A stretch of DNA of 64,000 nt from an uncultured Chloroflexia bacterium. GTDB taxonomy: Bacteria; Chloroflexota; Anaerolineae; Anaerolineales; E44-bin32. Of the stretch, positions 18,826 through 30,451 are shown piece after piece. Every line of letters starts with the position of its first letter. The first letter of the stretch is position 1. The translations under genes and the position numbers were made by a program. The stretch spans positions 974,612-1,038,611 of the forward strand of contig CAWBME010000006.1 in NCBI GenBank assembly GCA_963789825.1, given 5' to 3'. Under the pieces are notes generated by a model. It worked only from the letters and a program-made list of their open reading frames with translations, was not told where the DNA came from and did not search any database.

Positions 18826-20761
18826 ACGAAGACGGGGACTGCAGCCGGCGACCTCCGAGCCTCCTTCCGGCACGCGCCGCTCGCTGAGGCCGCTGGGCAG
18901 GGCAATCCGATACCTTGGCCACTATCGCCGAGAGACGACGCTTGCCTACACCGCCTTGATTCTCGCCACCGGGGCCCAGCTGATGGTCCCCCGGCTGATC
19001 CAGCTGCTGATCGACAGCCTGACGAAGAGCCTGGTGGCCAGCCGCGTGGCCGCTTTGCCTGCGCCGGCGCAGCCGGCTGCCGCACAAGCTCTCGGCCTCT
19101 CCACCGCCCAGTTCGTTTCCCTTCAGGCCGATCCCACCCGCGGCATGTTCCTGGCGGGAGGCTTGATTCTGGTATTTGCCTTGATCCGAGGGCTGTTCTC
19201 GTTCTCCCAGGCCTACATGGGGGAGCGCGCCTCGCAGAGCGTGTCGTTCGATCTGCGTAACGAACTCTTCGCGAGAATCCAGCGTCTTTCGTTCAGCTAC
19301 CATGACCGCAACCACACCGGGCAACTGATGATCCGCGCCACGGACGATGTCGAGAAAGTCCGTCTGTTCGTCGGCCAGGGATTGCTCATGGCCGTCCAGT
19401 CGCTGCTCTTGCTGACGGGAACGCTGATCATCCTGAGCACCACGAACTTCCGGTTGATGCTGGTGATCCTGCCCATCTTGCCTTTTGCCGTTCTGCTGTT
19501 CATGGCGATCGGCTCCCTGGCCCGGCCGATGTTCGAGGCCGCGCAGATCCGGCTCTCAGCCCTGAACGGCATCCTCCAGGAAAACATGGCAGGCATCAAA
19601 GTCGTCAAGGCCTTCCATCGGGAGTCTCAACAGATCGACCGGTTCGACCGTGGCGCGGACGAGTACCTGCAGGTGCAGTTGCGCGTGATGCGGCTGATGA
19701 CGCTGGTCATGCCCACCCTATTCCTGATCGCCAATCTCGGACAGGCGCTCATCCTGTACTTTGGCGGACGCCAGATCATCAACGGGACGTTGACCCTGGG
19801 CCAGTGGCAAGAATTCAGCCTGTACCTGATGTTCGTGTTCATCCCCGTCGGTCAGCTGGGCTTCATCATCACCCAGATGTCGCAAGCCTCGGCCTCCGCC
19901 GGGCGGGTGTTTGAGATTCTCGATGCTTCCAGCGATGTCGTCGATGCGCCGAACGCCCGCCCCTTGCCGCCCGTGCGCGGCCAAGTCACCTTCGATAACG
20001 TCTCCTTCCGCTACCTGGGCAGCGGCCGGCCCGTGCTGGACCAGGTGTCCTTCCAGGCGGAGCCCGGGCAGAAGATCGCACTGCTGGGAATGACAGGTTC
20101 CGGCAAGTCCTCGATCATCAACCTGATCCCCCGCTTCTACGACCCAACGCAGGGTCGGGTCCTGATCGACGGCTACGACCTGCGCCAGGTCACGCTCGAA
20201 ACGCTGCGCGGGCAGATCGGGATCGTCCTGCAGGAGACCACCCTGTTCAGCGGGACGATCCGGGACAATATTGCCTTTGGCCGGCCAGACTCCAAGATGG
20301 AGGAGGTCATCGAGGCCGCCAAGGCGGCTGCCGCGCACGAGTTCATTAGCCAGTTCTCAGAGGGCTACGGGACCGTCGTCGGCGAGCGTGGGGCCACCCT
20401 CTCTGGGGGCCAGAAACAGCGTATCGCTATCGCCCGCGCCCTTCTCTTGGATCCCCGGATCCTGATCCTGGACGACGCCACGTCCAGCGTCGACCTGCAA
20501 ACCGAGGTGGAGATCCAGCACGCCCTGGACCGACTGATGCGGAGCCGAACCAGCTTCGTCATCGCACAGCGCGTCAGCACGGTGGTCCAGGCCGACCGGA
20601 TCCTCGTACTCGATCAAGGTCAGATCGCCGCTCAGGGGACTCACGCGGAACTGATGGAATCTAACGAACTGTACGCCGAGATCTACAGCTCGCAGCTGGC
20701 GGAGGATATCACCCCCCGGCTCGAGAGCCTCGAGCCCAGTTCGGTGCGCGAGGAGGTCTGA
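18815..20761 (+). CDS. ABC exporter, fused permease-ATPase (MsbA/MdlB type), subunit 1
   Basis: It has 6 TM helices and an NBD with Walker A GMTGSGKSS, signature LSGGQKQR and Walker B ILILDDATS. Confidence 0.85.
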   Translation: MRARRRRGLQPATSEPPSGTRRSLRPLGRAIRYLGHYRRETTLAYTALILATGAQLMVPRLIQLLIDSLTKSLVASRVAALPAPAQPAAAQALGLSTAQFVSLQADPTRGMFLAGGLILVFALIRGLFSFSQAYMGERASQSVSFDLRNELFARIQRLSFSYHDRNHTGQLMIRATDDVEKVRLFVGQGLLMAVQSLLLLTGTLIILSTTNFRLMLVILPILPFAVLLFMAIGSLARPMFEAAQIRLSALNGILQENMAGIKVVKAFHRESQQIDRFDRGADEYLQVQLRVMRLMTLVMPTLFLIANLGQALILYFGGRQIINGTLTLGQWQEFSLYLMFVFIPVGQLGFIITQMSQASASAGRVFEILDASSDVVDAPNARPLPPVRGQVTFDNVSFRYLGSGRPVLDQVSFQAEPGQKIALLGMTGSGKSSIINLIPRFYDPTQGRVLIDGYDLRQVTLETLRGQIGIVLQETTLFSGTIRDNIAFGRPDSKMEEVIEAAKAAAAHEFISQFSEGYGTVVGERGATLSGGQKQRIAIARALLLDPRILILDDATSSVDLQTEVEIQHALDRLMRSRTSFVIAQRVSTVVQADRILVLDQGQIAAQGTHAELMESNELYAEIYSSQLAEDITPRLESLEPSSVREEV

Positions 20762-20762
20762 G

Positions 20763-22746
20763 ATGATGCGAGATCGGCACGGCCTGTGGGAGGGCGAGAC
20801 CTCCAAACCGAAGAATGTCAGCGCCACCCTGCGACGGTTCACGGGGTATTTCCGGCCCTACTGGCCCCAGTATCTGCTGGTTCTGGTCCTGATGATCGTG
20901 GGCACGTGGAGTCAGGTCACGGCGCCACAGCTCCTGGGCCAGGCGGTCGACTGCTACCTGACGCCCGCCTCGGTGAGTTCGGCCTTCAGCCAAGTTCCGG
21001 AGCCTCTTCGCCTGGCCATGGCCACGCTGTCGGGGTCTGAGTCGGCGTCCGCCACCAGCAACTGCTGGTATGACCCGCCGCAGCCGGGCTGGACCTCGCA
21101 AGACTACCTGGCAGGGCTGGCCGGGCTGACCGTGCGGCTGATGGGCATCTTCCTCCTCGGCACCGTGGCCACCGGTGCGATGTTCTACTTGATGACCTGG
21201 TCCGGCCAGCACGTGCTGAAGACCCTGCGTGTCGATGTCTTCCGGCAAATCATGCGGCTTTCGATCGGCTACCATGTCCAGCATGAGACTGGCGACACCA
21301 TGAGCCGGGTGACCAATGACGCCGATACGATTCAGCAGGCGATCACCTTCGCCCTGGTGCAGGTCCTCAGCGGGGCCATGCTGATTCTCTGGGTCTCCTA
21401 TGTCATGTTCAAGCTCAGCGCGCCTTACGCGCTGGTCGCCTTGTCGATCTTGCCCTTCATGGTCGCGGCCACGGTTTGGTTTTCCGGACAGGCGCGCCGG
21501 GCCTTCCGCCGATCGCGCCAGGAGATGGGCTCGGTGAATGCCGAGCTCCAGGAGAGCATCTCGGGCGTGCGTGAGAGCCAGGCCTTCGGCCGCGAGGATG
21601 AGAACATCGCCGCCTTCCGCCAGGTCAATGCTTCCAACCGGGATGCCAACATCCGAGCCGTGGCCTTCACCTCTGCCCTGTCGCCCACTCTGGAGGCCCT
21701 GGGCTATGTGTCCCTCATGCTCGTCACCGTCGTCGGAGGCATCGGCCTGCTGCGGGGCGCCGGGCTGCTCGGCTCCGCCATCTCCCTCGGAATGATCATC
21801 ACCTTCATCGCCTACGTGCAACGCTTCAATCAGCCCGTACAGATGATCGCCGTGATGTGGACCAACATCCAGAGCGCCATCGCCGGCGGAGAGCGCATCT
21901 TCGGCCTGCTCGATGTCGTCCCCGATGTTCGTGACGCAACCTCTGCCGTGCCGTTGCCCCCCATCCGCGGAACCGTGATCTTTGACGACGTGTGGGCTGA
22001 GTACGAGAAGGGCGTCAGCGTCCTGAAAGGCATTCAGCTGGAGGCGCTGCCAGGCCAGACGACTGCGATCGTCGGCCCTACCGGCGCCGGCAAGACAACG
22101 ATCATCAACCTGATCCCTCGCTTCTATGATGTCACGCGCGGACGGGTGACGATCGACGGCCATGACGTACGGGACGTTACGGCCGCCAGCCTGCGCCGCC
22201 AGATCGGCGTGGTTCTGCAGGACAACTTCCTGTTCAGCGCCAGCATCATGGAGAACCTGCGCTTCGGTCGCCCCGAGGCCACCGATGAGGAAGTTGTAGC
22301 GTCTGCCCGGCTGGCGCACGCCGACACCTTCATCCAACGCCTGCCCGAGGGCTACCAGACGGTTCTCGGGGAGCGCGGCGCCGGGCTGAGCCAGGGCCAG
22401 CGCCAACTGCTCGCCATCGCCCGGGCGGCACTGGCGGATCCGCGTATCCTGATCCTGGATGAGGCCGACCTCCAGCGTCGACACGCGCACCGAGCGCCTG
22501 ATCCAGTCGGCGCTTGAGACGCTGATGCGCGGCCGCACCTCGTTCGTCGTCGCCCATCGCCTGAGCACGATCCGCAACGCCGACCAGGTGCTGGTGCTGC
22601 AGGACGGCCAGATCGTGGAACGCGGCCGGCACGAGTCGCTGCTCGCCCTTCAAGGCGTTTACCACCAGCTGTACATGAGCCAGTTCCGACGACAGGCCGA
22701 GACGACGGGCCAGTCACCCTCCGGCCTCGCTGCCGCCCCCGCCTGA
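20763..22746 (+). CDS. ABC exporter, fused permease-ATPase, subunit 2; frameshift ~22465
   Basis: ORFs 20763..22517 and 22459..22746. Motifs are Walker [10 protein letters not shown], signature LSQGQRQL and Walker [24 protein letters not shown]... then continues in the next frame. Confidence 0.85.
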
Positions 22747-22913
22747 TCGGCTCCCATCCGGCCGGGAGACCGGCCGCGCAGCTGGCACGCTCCTTGCAGG
22801 CGCGTGAGCGCTCCCCTGCAGCGGGGACGGCTGCTTCCGGACGGCCTAGACCGCCGGTATGCTGGCAGCCCGCCCCAGGTTAGGGTAGAGTCGACAGAGG
22901 GAGACCTGCTGGC

Positions 22914-24023
22914 GTGCGGCTCTGCGACTACTGCGCCCTTGAGATCCAGGACGAGGCGGTGTATTGCCGGTACTGCCACCGGCAACTCAAGCCTTTTCCC
23001 GGCCTTCGGGGCAAGGTGCGCTGCCTGTACTGCGCCGAGTGGATCGAGCGAGGGGCCAGCGAGTGCGAGTACTGCGAGCACGCTTTGACTCCCCCCGAGC
23101 CCGAACCCGAGCCTCTGCGCGTCCCCCCCTCGGCTCTGCCGAGCCGCAACTGGGATCCGCGGGACGTGCTCTTGGAGGAAGGCCCCCCGCCGGCAGGTGC
23201 GCCCTCGGAGCCGACAGCGGAACGCCGCTCACGCTTCTTTGGCCTCGGCACCAAGTCCCAGGGAACCCCGCAGGCGGCTGATGACTCCCCATTCGCCCCT
23301 GAGTCCGAGACCGATGCGCCACCGAGGCGCGGCGGGCTGTTCGGTCTCGGTCGATCCCGCAAGGATGCCCCAGCCCTCGAGCCGCTCCCCCTTGAGCCGT
23401 CAGTTCCTGCGGCACTATGGGGTTCGAGCTACGTCGAGCAGACACCCGCCATGCCCGCGCCGGACCTGGGCACCCGCCGGCGGGGCAAGCCGCCGTCTCC
23501 CCCACCACCACCGGGTGTCGCATCCGGTGGGCGCAGCGGCTCGTCCACAATTCTGGTCGTGCTGCTGCTCGTGGTGCTGGGTGCGGTCGTTCTCTTCTTC
23601 GTGGCCCGCGCTGGCCTGCCCAGCCTTGCTTCGCTGATCCCCGCTCCGCCGCCCCCCACGCCAGCTCAGCCTCTCCCCACGGCGGCCGTGCTCCCGACCG
23701 CCCCAGTGGAAACCCCCAGCGTTGGAGGCACACCCGGCCAACCGGCTGTGGCCAACTGCATGCGTTGGGAAGAGGTCTCGCTGGCCGACACGGGTCGCTC
23801 GCTCTGCGTCTATGGCGACCTCAAGCGCTGGTTTGCGGCCGACGAGATACCCTTCGTCGCCCTGTTCAGCGAAGAGCGCGGCTCCTTCGCCATCATTGAC
23901 CGCACCGGCATCCACTACGAAGCCCGGTCCGGCTCCTGCATCACGGCCACCGGCGAGGTGGAGGTGATGGCAGGCACCCGGCCGTTCATCGACGTCAACG
24001 GCGAGCTGCTGACCTGCCCCTGA
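22914..24023 (+). CDS. Hypothetical membrane protein with an N-terminal double zinc ribbon
   Basis: The N-terminus has CDYC..CRYC and CLYC..CEYC pairs. A Pro-rich linker and one TM helix (ILVVLLLVVLGAVVLFFVA) follow, then a C-terminal ~90-aa globular domain. Confidence 0.5.
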   Translation: MRLCDYCALEIQDEAVYCRYCHRQLKPFPGLRGKVRCLYCAEWIERGASECEYCEHALTPPEPEPEPLRVPPSALPSRNWDPRDVLLEEGPPPAGAPSEPTAERRSRFFGLGTKSQGTPQAADDSPFAPESETDAPPRRGGLFGLGRSRKDAPALEPLPLEPSVPAALWGSSYVEQTPAMPAPDLGTRRRGKPPSPPPPPGVASGGRSGSSTILVVLLLVVLGAVVLFFVARAGLPSLASLIPAPPPPTPAQPLPTAAVLPTAPVETPSVGGTPGQPAVANCMRWEEVSLADTGRSLCVYGDLKRWFAADEIPFVALFSEERGSFAIIDRTGIHYEARSGSCITATGEVEVMAGTRPFIDVNGELLTCP

Positions 24024-24029
24024 TCGGCG

Positions 24030-24684
24030 CTACCGATCCTGACGCCCCTCGAGATGCGCGGCCCAGGTCGCTTCGAAATCCCGTAGCGCGCTCGTCGTGA
24101 GTGGGTTGTCAGCCATTGCCTTCAGCACATCGAGGGGGAGGCTGAGGTGGTCCGCCCCGGCCAGACGCGCCGCTACCGCCTCCGCTGGGGATTTGATCCC
24201 AGCCACCAGCAGGGCGCAGGGCGTTCCATCGAGGGCAGCCCCGATCTCGGCGACCACGCCGGCGCCGTCGCCGACAAAGCGGGTCAGGCGGTTGATGTAG
24301 GGGAGGGCGAAATGTGCCCCGGCCTCTGCCGCCAGCATCGCCTGGCTGGGGGAGAAGACAGCCGTGATGGCAACCGAGGGCGCGAGGGGAGAACTCGGCG
24401 GCGAACTTGAAGCCCTCCAGCGTCGCTGGCACCTTGAGGCCTACGTTCGAACCCAACGCCAGTACGGGCGGCGCTTCCCGCGCCATACCCTGTGCGCTCG
24501 ACTCCATCACCTGGTAGAACACCGTGCCGCTGAACAGATCGGCAAGTTGGCGGATGGCCTCCAGAGGCCGGGTGTGACCGGCACGTGCCAGCAGTGCGGG
24601 GTTGGTCGTGCATCCGGCGACAAAGCCCAGGCTGCTTGCCTCACGGGCCTCGTCGAGATCGGCCGAGTCCAGATACAGCGTCAT
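24030..24684 (-). CDS. Transaldolase-family protein (Fsa/TalC type), frameshift ~24350
   Basis: ORFs 24109..24684 (MTLYLDSADLDEAREA...GCTTNPALL...LKVPAT) and 24030..24338 (...AMLAAEAGAHFALPYINR). The junction restores ...APSVAITAVFSPSQAMLAAEAG. Confidence 0.75.
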
Positions 24685-24956
24685 CGAACCTCCTGCGTCG
24701 GCAGCGAACGAACCGGGCTAGATCCAGCCATCGTACCCTCGCCTCCTCCCAGGGACAACTGCCCTTCTTCCAGGGTCGAGCGAGTGGCGCGCTATACTGT
24801 CACCGCCCCTGAGGGCGGAGGCCCCGAGGAGGTTCCACAGGTGCGTTACGCGAGTATCGCCAACATCGCCGCCCGATCCTCTGGCCGGCAGGCGCAATCG
24901 GCGCAGGGCAGAGTCGGCGGACCCCGGTCGCCGCACCCGGTGCTTCAGGCGATCCG

Positions 24957-25494
24957 ATGAGCCGCCGCGTCCTGAGCCCCTGGGAAGTCAGCGAGTGTCG
25001 GCAGGTGTTCGGCGACTCCATTGACTGGGGGCGCGTACGGATCGTGGAGGAGACCGGCTGGCCGCTCGCTCTCGCGCGCGCGGTAGCCCGCCTTCAGCAA
25101 CAGCCCCCGCCGGCGCACAACGCCGTCACGCTGGGACACCGGGTCTTCTTCTCCCGACGCCTGCATACGGACTTCACCGAGGCTGCCACACTCCGCCGCA
25201 GCGACCTGGCCTGGCTGACACATGAATTGACCCATGTCTGGCAGTTCGAGCGCATGGGGAGCGGCGCGCTCTGGGATATGGTGAGGCTCCATCTGCGCCG
25301 GGGCGTCGACCCTTACGACTACGGCGGCGCCGAAGGGCTATCGACCGACGCCGGCCCCAAGTCGCTATCGGCCTTCACCCTGGAGCAGCAGGCGGAAATC
25401 GCCCGAGACTACTATCATGCGCCTGGCTGCTCGGCGAGGACACGCTTCGCTGGGACCCAGTGGTCCAGCCCCTGCGGCACCGCTGACTCCGGCG

Positions 25495-25505
<11 letters not shown>
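24957..25505 (+). CDS. DUF4157-like (eCIS core domain) protein with an HExxH motif
   Basis: It contains LTHELTHVWQFE preceded by the FGDSIDWGRVRI... pattern typical of the family. The last ~25 aa may be frameshifted, since an alternative frame ends ...LLGEDTLRWDPVVQPLRHR-stop ~25486. Confidence 0.55.
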
Positions 25506-26454
<949 letters not shown>

Positions 26455-26455
26455 G

Positions 26456-27007
26456 TCAGTCCCTGCCCTTCTGAGAATCCAACCACTCGCTCTTCAGGAG
26501 GCCCATCAACAGCGTATCCCAGTATCTCCCTTCGAGGAAGTGATCCTGACGGAGTCGACCTTCCTCCTTGAAGCCCACGCGGCGATAGACGGCGAGGGCG
26601 CGGGCGTTGTCCTCGTACACCCGGAGGTACACGCGGTTGAGGTTCAGCGTCTCGAACGCATGGCGCAGGATCAGGCGCACTGCCTGGGAGCCGAGGCCTT
26701 GGTTCCAGAAACGGGTGTCGCCGACATGGATCCCGACCTCGGCATGCCGGGCCCGCCCCTCGATATGCATCAGACTGGTACCGCCGATATGCTGCCAGGC
26801 CTCACCCTGGCGAACATCGATCGAGAACGGTCGCTCGTCGGGCGGCGCCTGCAGCGAACCTTCGAACCAGCGCTTCTCTTCCTCCAGGCTGAGCGGCAGG
26901 TAGAGCGCCAGCCCGCGGCGAACCTCAGGGTTGTTCAGCCATTCGACGAAGCGCGGCAGGTCGTCGCGCTCTACCGCCCTCAGGCGGACACTCTCGCCGA
27001 GGATCAT
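26456..27007 (-). CDS. GNAT N-acetyltransferase (RimJ/RimL-like)
   Basis: ORF 26456..27175. The start ATG 27007 overlaps the MeaB stop (ATGA). Motifs are VRLRAVERDDLPRFVEW and FWNQGLGSQAVRLILRHAFETLNLNRVYLRVYEDNARALAVYRRVGF. Confidence 0.8.
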   Translation of the reverse strand: MILGESVRLRAVERDDLPRFVEWLNNPEVRRGLALYLPLSLEEEKRWFEGSLQAPPDERPFSIDVRQGEAWQHIGGTSLMHIEGRARHAEVGIHVGDTRFWNQGLGSQAVRLILRHAFETLNLNRVYLRVYEDNARALAVYRRVGFKEEGRLRQDHFLEGRYWDTLLMGLLKSEWLDSQKGRD

Positions 27008-28002
27008 GGCTCCAGCTCCGCGGTCAATCGTCCCACCGCCTGCTGCGGCGAGATCCTCCGCTCGACGACCAGCCGGACGGCCGTCTGAAGCTCCTCCTCG
27101 GCCAGCTTGGCGTGGAACCACTCGACCAGGCGCTGTTCCAGGAGCGCTTCCACTTCGCGCCGTGCTCGGCGCCACTCGAGCGCTTGACGCGAGCCGGAAG
27201 AATCCAAGTGCGCCAGGTGGCGGGCGATGGCGTCGATCAGATCGGGGACACCGGTGTCTTTGAAGGCGCTCGTTGGCAGAACTTCCGGCACCCAGCCCGG
27301 CACACCCGCCGGCGCCTCCGGGGCGTGGTGCCCGGCGTCATGGGCAGGGTAGCCGAGGGCCAGCGCCGCGCGCAGCTGGCGTATGGCATTCTCGGCGCCC
27401 GGCAGGTCGGCCTTGTTGACCACCAGGATGTCGGCGATCTCCAGGATGCCGGCCTTGATCGCCTGAACGTCGTCGCCCATCCCGGGCGCCTCGACGACCA
27501 GCGTCGTGTGCGCGGTCCGAGCGATCTCGACCTCGGCCTGACCGGCGCCGACGGTCTCGATCAGGATCACCGGATAGCCAGCCGCGTCCAATGCCTGCAC
27601 CGTTCCGAACGTTGCCCGCGCCAATCCGCCGAGCGCCCCTCGGCTGGCCATGCTGCGGATGAACACCCCGGAGTCGCCCGCCAGGTCGCGCATGCGGATG
27701 CGGTCACCGAGAATGGCTCCCCCGGAGAACGGACTGCTGGGATCAACCGCCACCACGGCCACTTTCACCGGTCCGGTGCCGGGGCGCAGGCCGTGACGGC
27801 GGATGTGCCCTGCCAGCCGCGCCACCAGCGAGGACTTGCCGCTGCCGGGCGGGCCAGTGATCCCGATGCGATCGGCCTGGCCGCCCTTCGGGTAGAGCTC
27901 CGACAAGGCGTCCAGGCCGCTAGGATCTTCGTTCTCGATGCCGGTCAGCAAGCGGGCGAGGGCCAATCGGTCGCCTTGCAGAACCGCCGCCGCGAGGTGC
28001 AT
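27004..28002 (-). CDS. meaB: Methylmalonyl-CoA mutase-associated GTPase MeaB/ArgK
   Basis: Motifs are the P-loop GPPGSGKSS, VAVDPSSPFSGGAILGDRIRM, ILIETVGAGQAE and VVNKADL. Confidence 0.9.
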   Translation of the reverse strand: MHLAAAVLQGDRLALARLLTGIENEDPSGLDALSELYPKGGQADRIGITGPPGSGKSSLVARLAGHIRRHGLRPGTGPVKVAVVAVDPSSPFSGGAILGDRIRMRDLAGDSGVFIRSMASRGALGGLARATFGTVQALDAAGYPVILIETVGAGQAEVEIARTAHTTLVVEAPGMGDDVQAIKAGILEIADILVVNKADLPGAENAIRQLRAALALGYPAHDAGHHAPEAPAGVPGWVPEVLPTSAFKDTGVPDLIDAIARHLAHLDSSGSRQALEWRRARREVEALLEQRLVEWFHAKLAEEELQTAVRLVVERRISPQQAVGRLTAELEP

Positions 28003-28016
28003 GGCCCAGTCGGCCC

Positions 28017-28427
28017 TCAGCCGGCCGCTGGGCGCTGAGCGACGGCCTGTTGGAAGGCCATAATCACATCCTGCGTGCTGGTGCCCGGGCCGAAGATTGC
28101 GGCGACCCCCATTTCCTTCAGGGCCGGAACATCCTCATCCGGGATGATCCCCCCGATAAGCATCGGGACATGCGTCTGGCCTTGCTGGTGCAGCAGTTCG
28201 AGTGTGCGGGGGACGAGCGCCATGTGGGCACCCGAAAGGACGGAAAGGCCCACGGCATCTACGTCCTCGTGCAGGGCGGCCTCGGCGATCATCTCCGGCG
28301 TCTGCCGCAGCCCGGTGTAGATCACCTCCATCCCTGCGTCCCGCAGGGCACGGGCGATGACTTTGGCGCCGCGGTCATGGCCGTCGAGTCCGGGCTTGGC
28401 GATCAGGACGCGCAGAGGGGTCGGCAT
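28017..28427 (-). CDS. Methylmalonyl-CoA mutase B12-binding (small/C-terminal) subunit
   Basis: It carries the cobalamin-binding DxHxxG context: [38 protein letters not shown]. Confidence 0.85.
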   Translation of the reverse strand: MPTPLRVLIAKPGLDGHDRGAKVIARALRDAGMEVIYTGLRQTPEMIAEAALHEDVDAVGLSVLSGAHMALVPRTLELLHQQGQTHVPMLIGGIIPDEDVPALKEMGVAAIFGPGTSTQDVIMAFQQAVAQRPAAG

Positions 28428-28491
28428 AAGGCGAGGGACTCCCGATGAACGGGGCGATTATACAACGACGGCTCCGCCTGTGCACCCCCGC

Positions 28492-29488
28492 TCAGTCGCC
28501 GGCCAACTGGTAGAGCCCCACCGCCCGGCGCACCTCGCGCCGTCGCCCGCTCGGACCCGGCGACCAACACGCACTCGACGAGACCGCGCTCCCTCTCAAA
28601 CTCGGCGCGCCATTGGCGCAAGGGTTGCAGCAGGGCCTCTAGCGTCTCGATCAGGCGGCCCTTCACCTCAACATCGCCGACGGTTCCGCTGCGGCAGCGC
28701 ACCTTCAGGGCCTCGACCTCGGCGCGGTCGCGGTTGAAGGCCTCGTGATACTGGAAGACCGGGTTGCCTTCCACCCGACCCGGGAAGTTGGCCCTCACTC
28801 GCTGCAGATCGGTGTCCATGCGCCGGACCTTGGCCGCAACAACCTCGGCCGGATCCGACAGGAAGATGGGGTTGTCGAGCAAGTTGCCCATCTTCGCCAG
28901 CCTATCGATCCCAGCAGGCTCGGCACTTCACCCAGCAGCAGATCACGGATCGGGAAGGTCCCCCCATGCCGGTGCTTGAGGCGACGGGCGATCTCGCGCG
29001 TCCCTTCGACATGGGCTTCGTTGTCCCTCACGACCGGCACCAGCGGGGCGCGCGGCAGCAGGATGTCGGCGGCCTGCAGCACCGGTTGGCCGAGCAGGCC
29101 GTAGGGCATGGCCTCCAGGTGCGCCGCAGATGGCCATCTCCTTCAATGTCGGAACCCGCTCCAGCCGCGGCACGCTGACCGGCATCTGGTAGTACAGATG
29201 GAGCTCGAAGGTCTCTGGCACGGCGGACTGCTAGATGACTGTGCTGCGCCCGGGGTCGATCCCTGCCGCCGGGAAGTCGAGCACCATCTGCCGGACGTTC
29301 TCTCCAATCGCGAGAAGATCCGGCCGCTCCGGCCGCGTCGTAAGCGTATGCAGGTCAGCCACGATGAAGAAGCAGTCGTACTCGCCTTGCAGCCTGACGC
29401 GGTTGGCAAGCGAGCCCACGTAGTGGCCGAGGTGCAGCCGGCCAGCCGGTCGATCGCCGGTCAGGATCCGCCTGCGGTTGACCTGCAT
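28492..29488 (-). pseudogene. trpS: Tryptophan--tRNA ligase, split by at least 4 frameshifts
   Basis: Pieces in order are 29231..29488 (ILTGDRPAGRLHLGHYVGS, HIGH-type motif), 28943..29221 (YQMPVSVPRLERVPTLKEM), 28795..29109 (YGLLGQPVLQAADILL...VPVVRDNEAHVE) and 28403..28891 (MGNLLDNPIFLSD...). A final frame ends EVRRAVGLYQLAGD-stop at 28492. Confidence 0.8.
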
Positions 29489-29533
29489 GTCTCTTTCCCG
29501 CGCTCTTGTGCGTCGGCGAGCGCGTCGGCCTGG

Positions 29534-29774
29534 GAATCAAGACGCTCGCCCCATGTGGGGACGAGCGCGATGCCCGGGGTGCCACCCCACCTAGGCGGTG
29601 TACCGCGCCGCCACATCTCTCACCGGCGACGCAAGGCAACCGCTGCCGCGACACCGGGGGCACTCTCCCGCACGGGCAACCGCACCATGCGGGCGGCGCT
29701 CCATCCAGGCGGCTCGGAGGTCCATTCGCCGCCGGCATGCGGGCGGTCTCCCACCCACGCCTCTCGGGTCCTCC
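29534..29774 (-). promoter_or_regulatory. Probable T-box riboswitch leader with a Trp (UGG) specifier, upstream of trpS
   Basis: On the minus strand, stem I is GGAGG...GAGAGG...CGAAUGGACCUCC, with GAA-UGG-A in the specifier-loop position (UGG = 29722..29724). The T-box-like core GGGGUGGCACCCCGG lies at 29574..29588, and its variable base C would pair with the G73 discriminator of bacterial tRNA-Trp. A 10-bp hairpin plus UCUUGAUU follows at 29534..29568. Confidence 0.5.
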
Positions 29775-30000
29775 GCTTCGGCGCCTACTCGTCCTCGTCA
29801 ACGCCTTCTTCGTCTTTGCCTGCGATTCAGTCTACGCCGCCGGTCACTGACCGTCATGCAGACTGCCATCCCTGAGCGTCTGGTGCCGGTCTCGAAGGAC
29901 TCGCGGACCGTCGCCGGCGCGGGTGCATGGTAGAGCTGGAGGGTGGGGAGCGCGGGAGGCCGCGGCCGGCACCGAAGGAGAAGGACCCGAGGCTGGGGCC

Positions 30001-30333
30001 TCAGCCGGCCGGCAGGAAGGGGCCCAGTTTCTCCAGGATCCTGCGCTTGGGTTGGAACCCAGCGAGGCGTTCCTTGGCCTCTCCGCCGTGGAAGAGGATC
30101 AGCGTGGGCACGCCCATCACACCGTACTTCATCGTCGTGGCAACGTTCTGGTCGATATCGAGCTTGACGACGCGCACCTTGCCCGCCCACTCGGCCGCCA
30201 GCTCTTCGACGATCGGATCGAGCTGGCGGCAGGGGTGACACCAGGTCGCGCCAAAATCCACGAGAACAGGCAGATCACTCTGCAGAACGTCGGACTCAAA
30301 CGCACTGTCACTGGTGCTGGCTAGGTTACCCAC
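30001..30333 (-). CDS. trxA: Thioredoxin (active site WCHPC)
   Basis: Thioredoxin fold sequence: LVDFGATWCHPCRQLDPIVEELA...VKLDIDQN...YGVMGVPTLILF. Confidence 0.9.
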   Translation of the reverse strand: MGNLASTSDSAFESDVLQSDLPVLVDFGATWCHPCRQLDPIVEELAAEWAGKVRVVKLDIDQNVATTMKYGVMGVPTLILFHGGEAKERLAGFQPKRRILEKLGPFLPAG

Positions 30334-30451
30334 GCATCAATCCTTCGAGCCGTAGTGGAAGAGTACGTCGGGCATGATAGCTGCGCCAGGGAAGGCTGTC
30401 AAGCGATCCAATCCGATTGCACGCCAAACAGCAGCAGGCAGCCGGCGGGTG

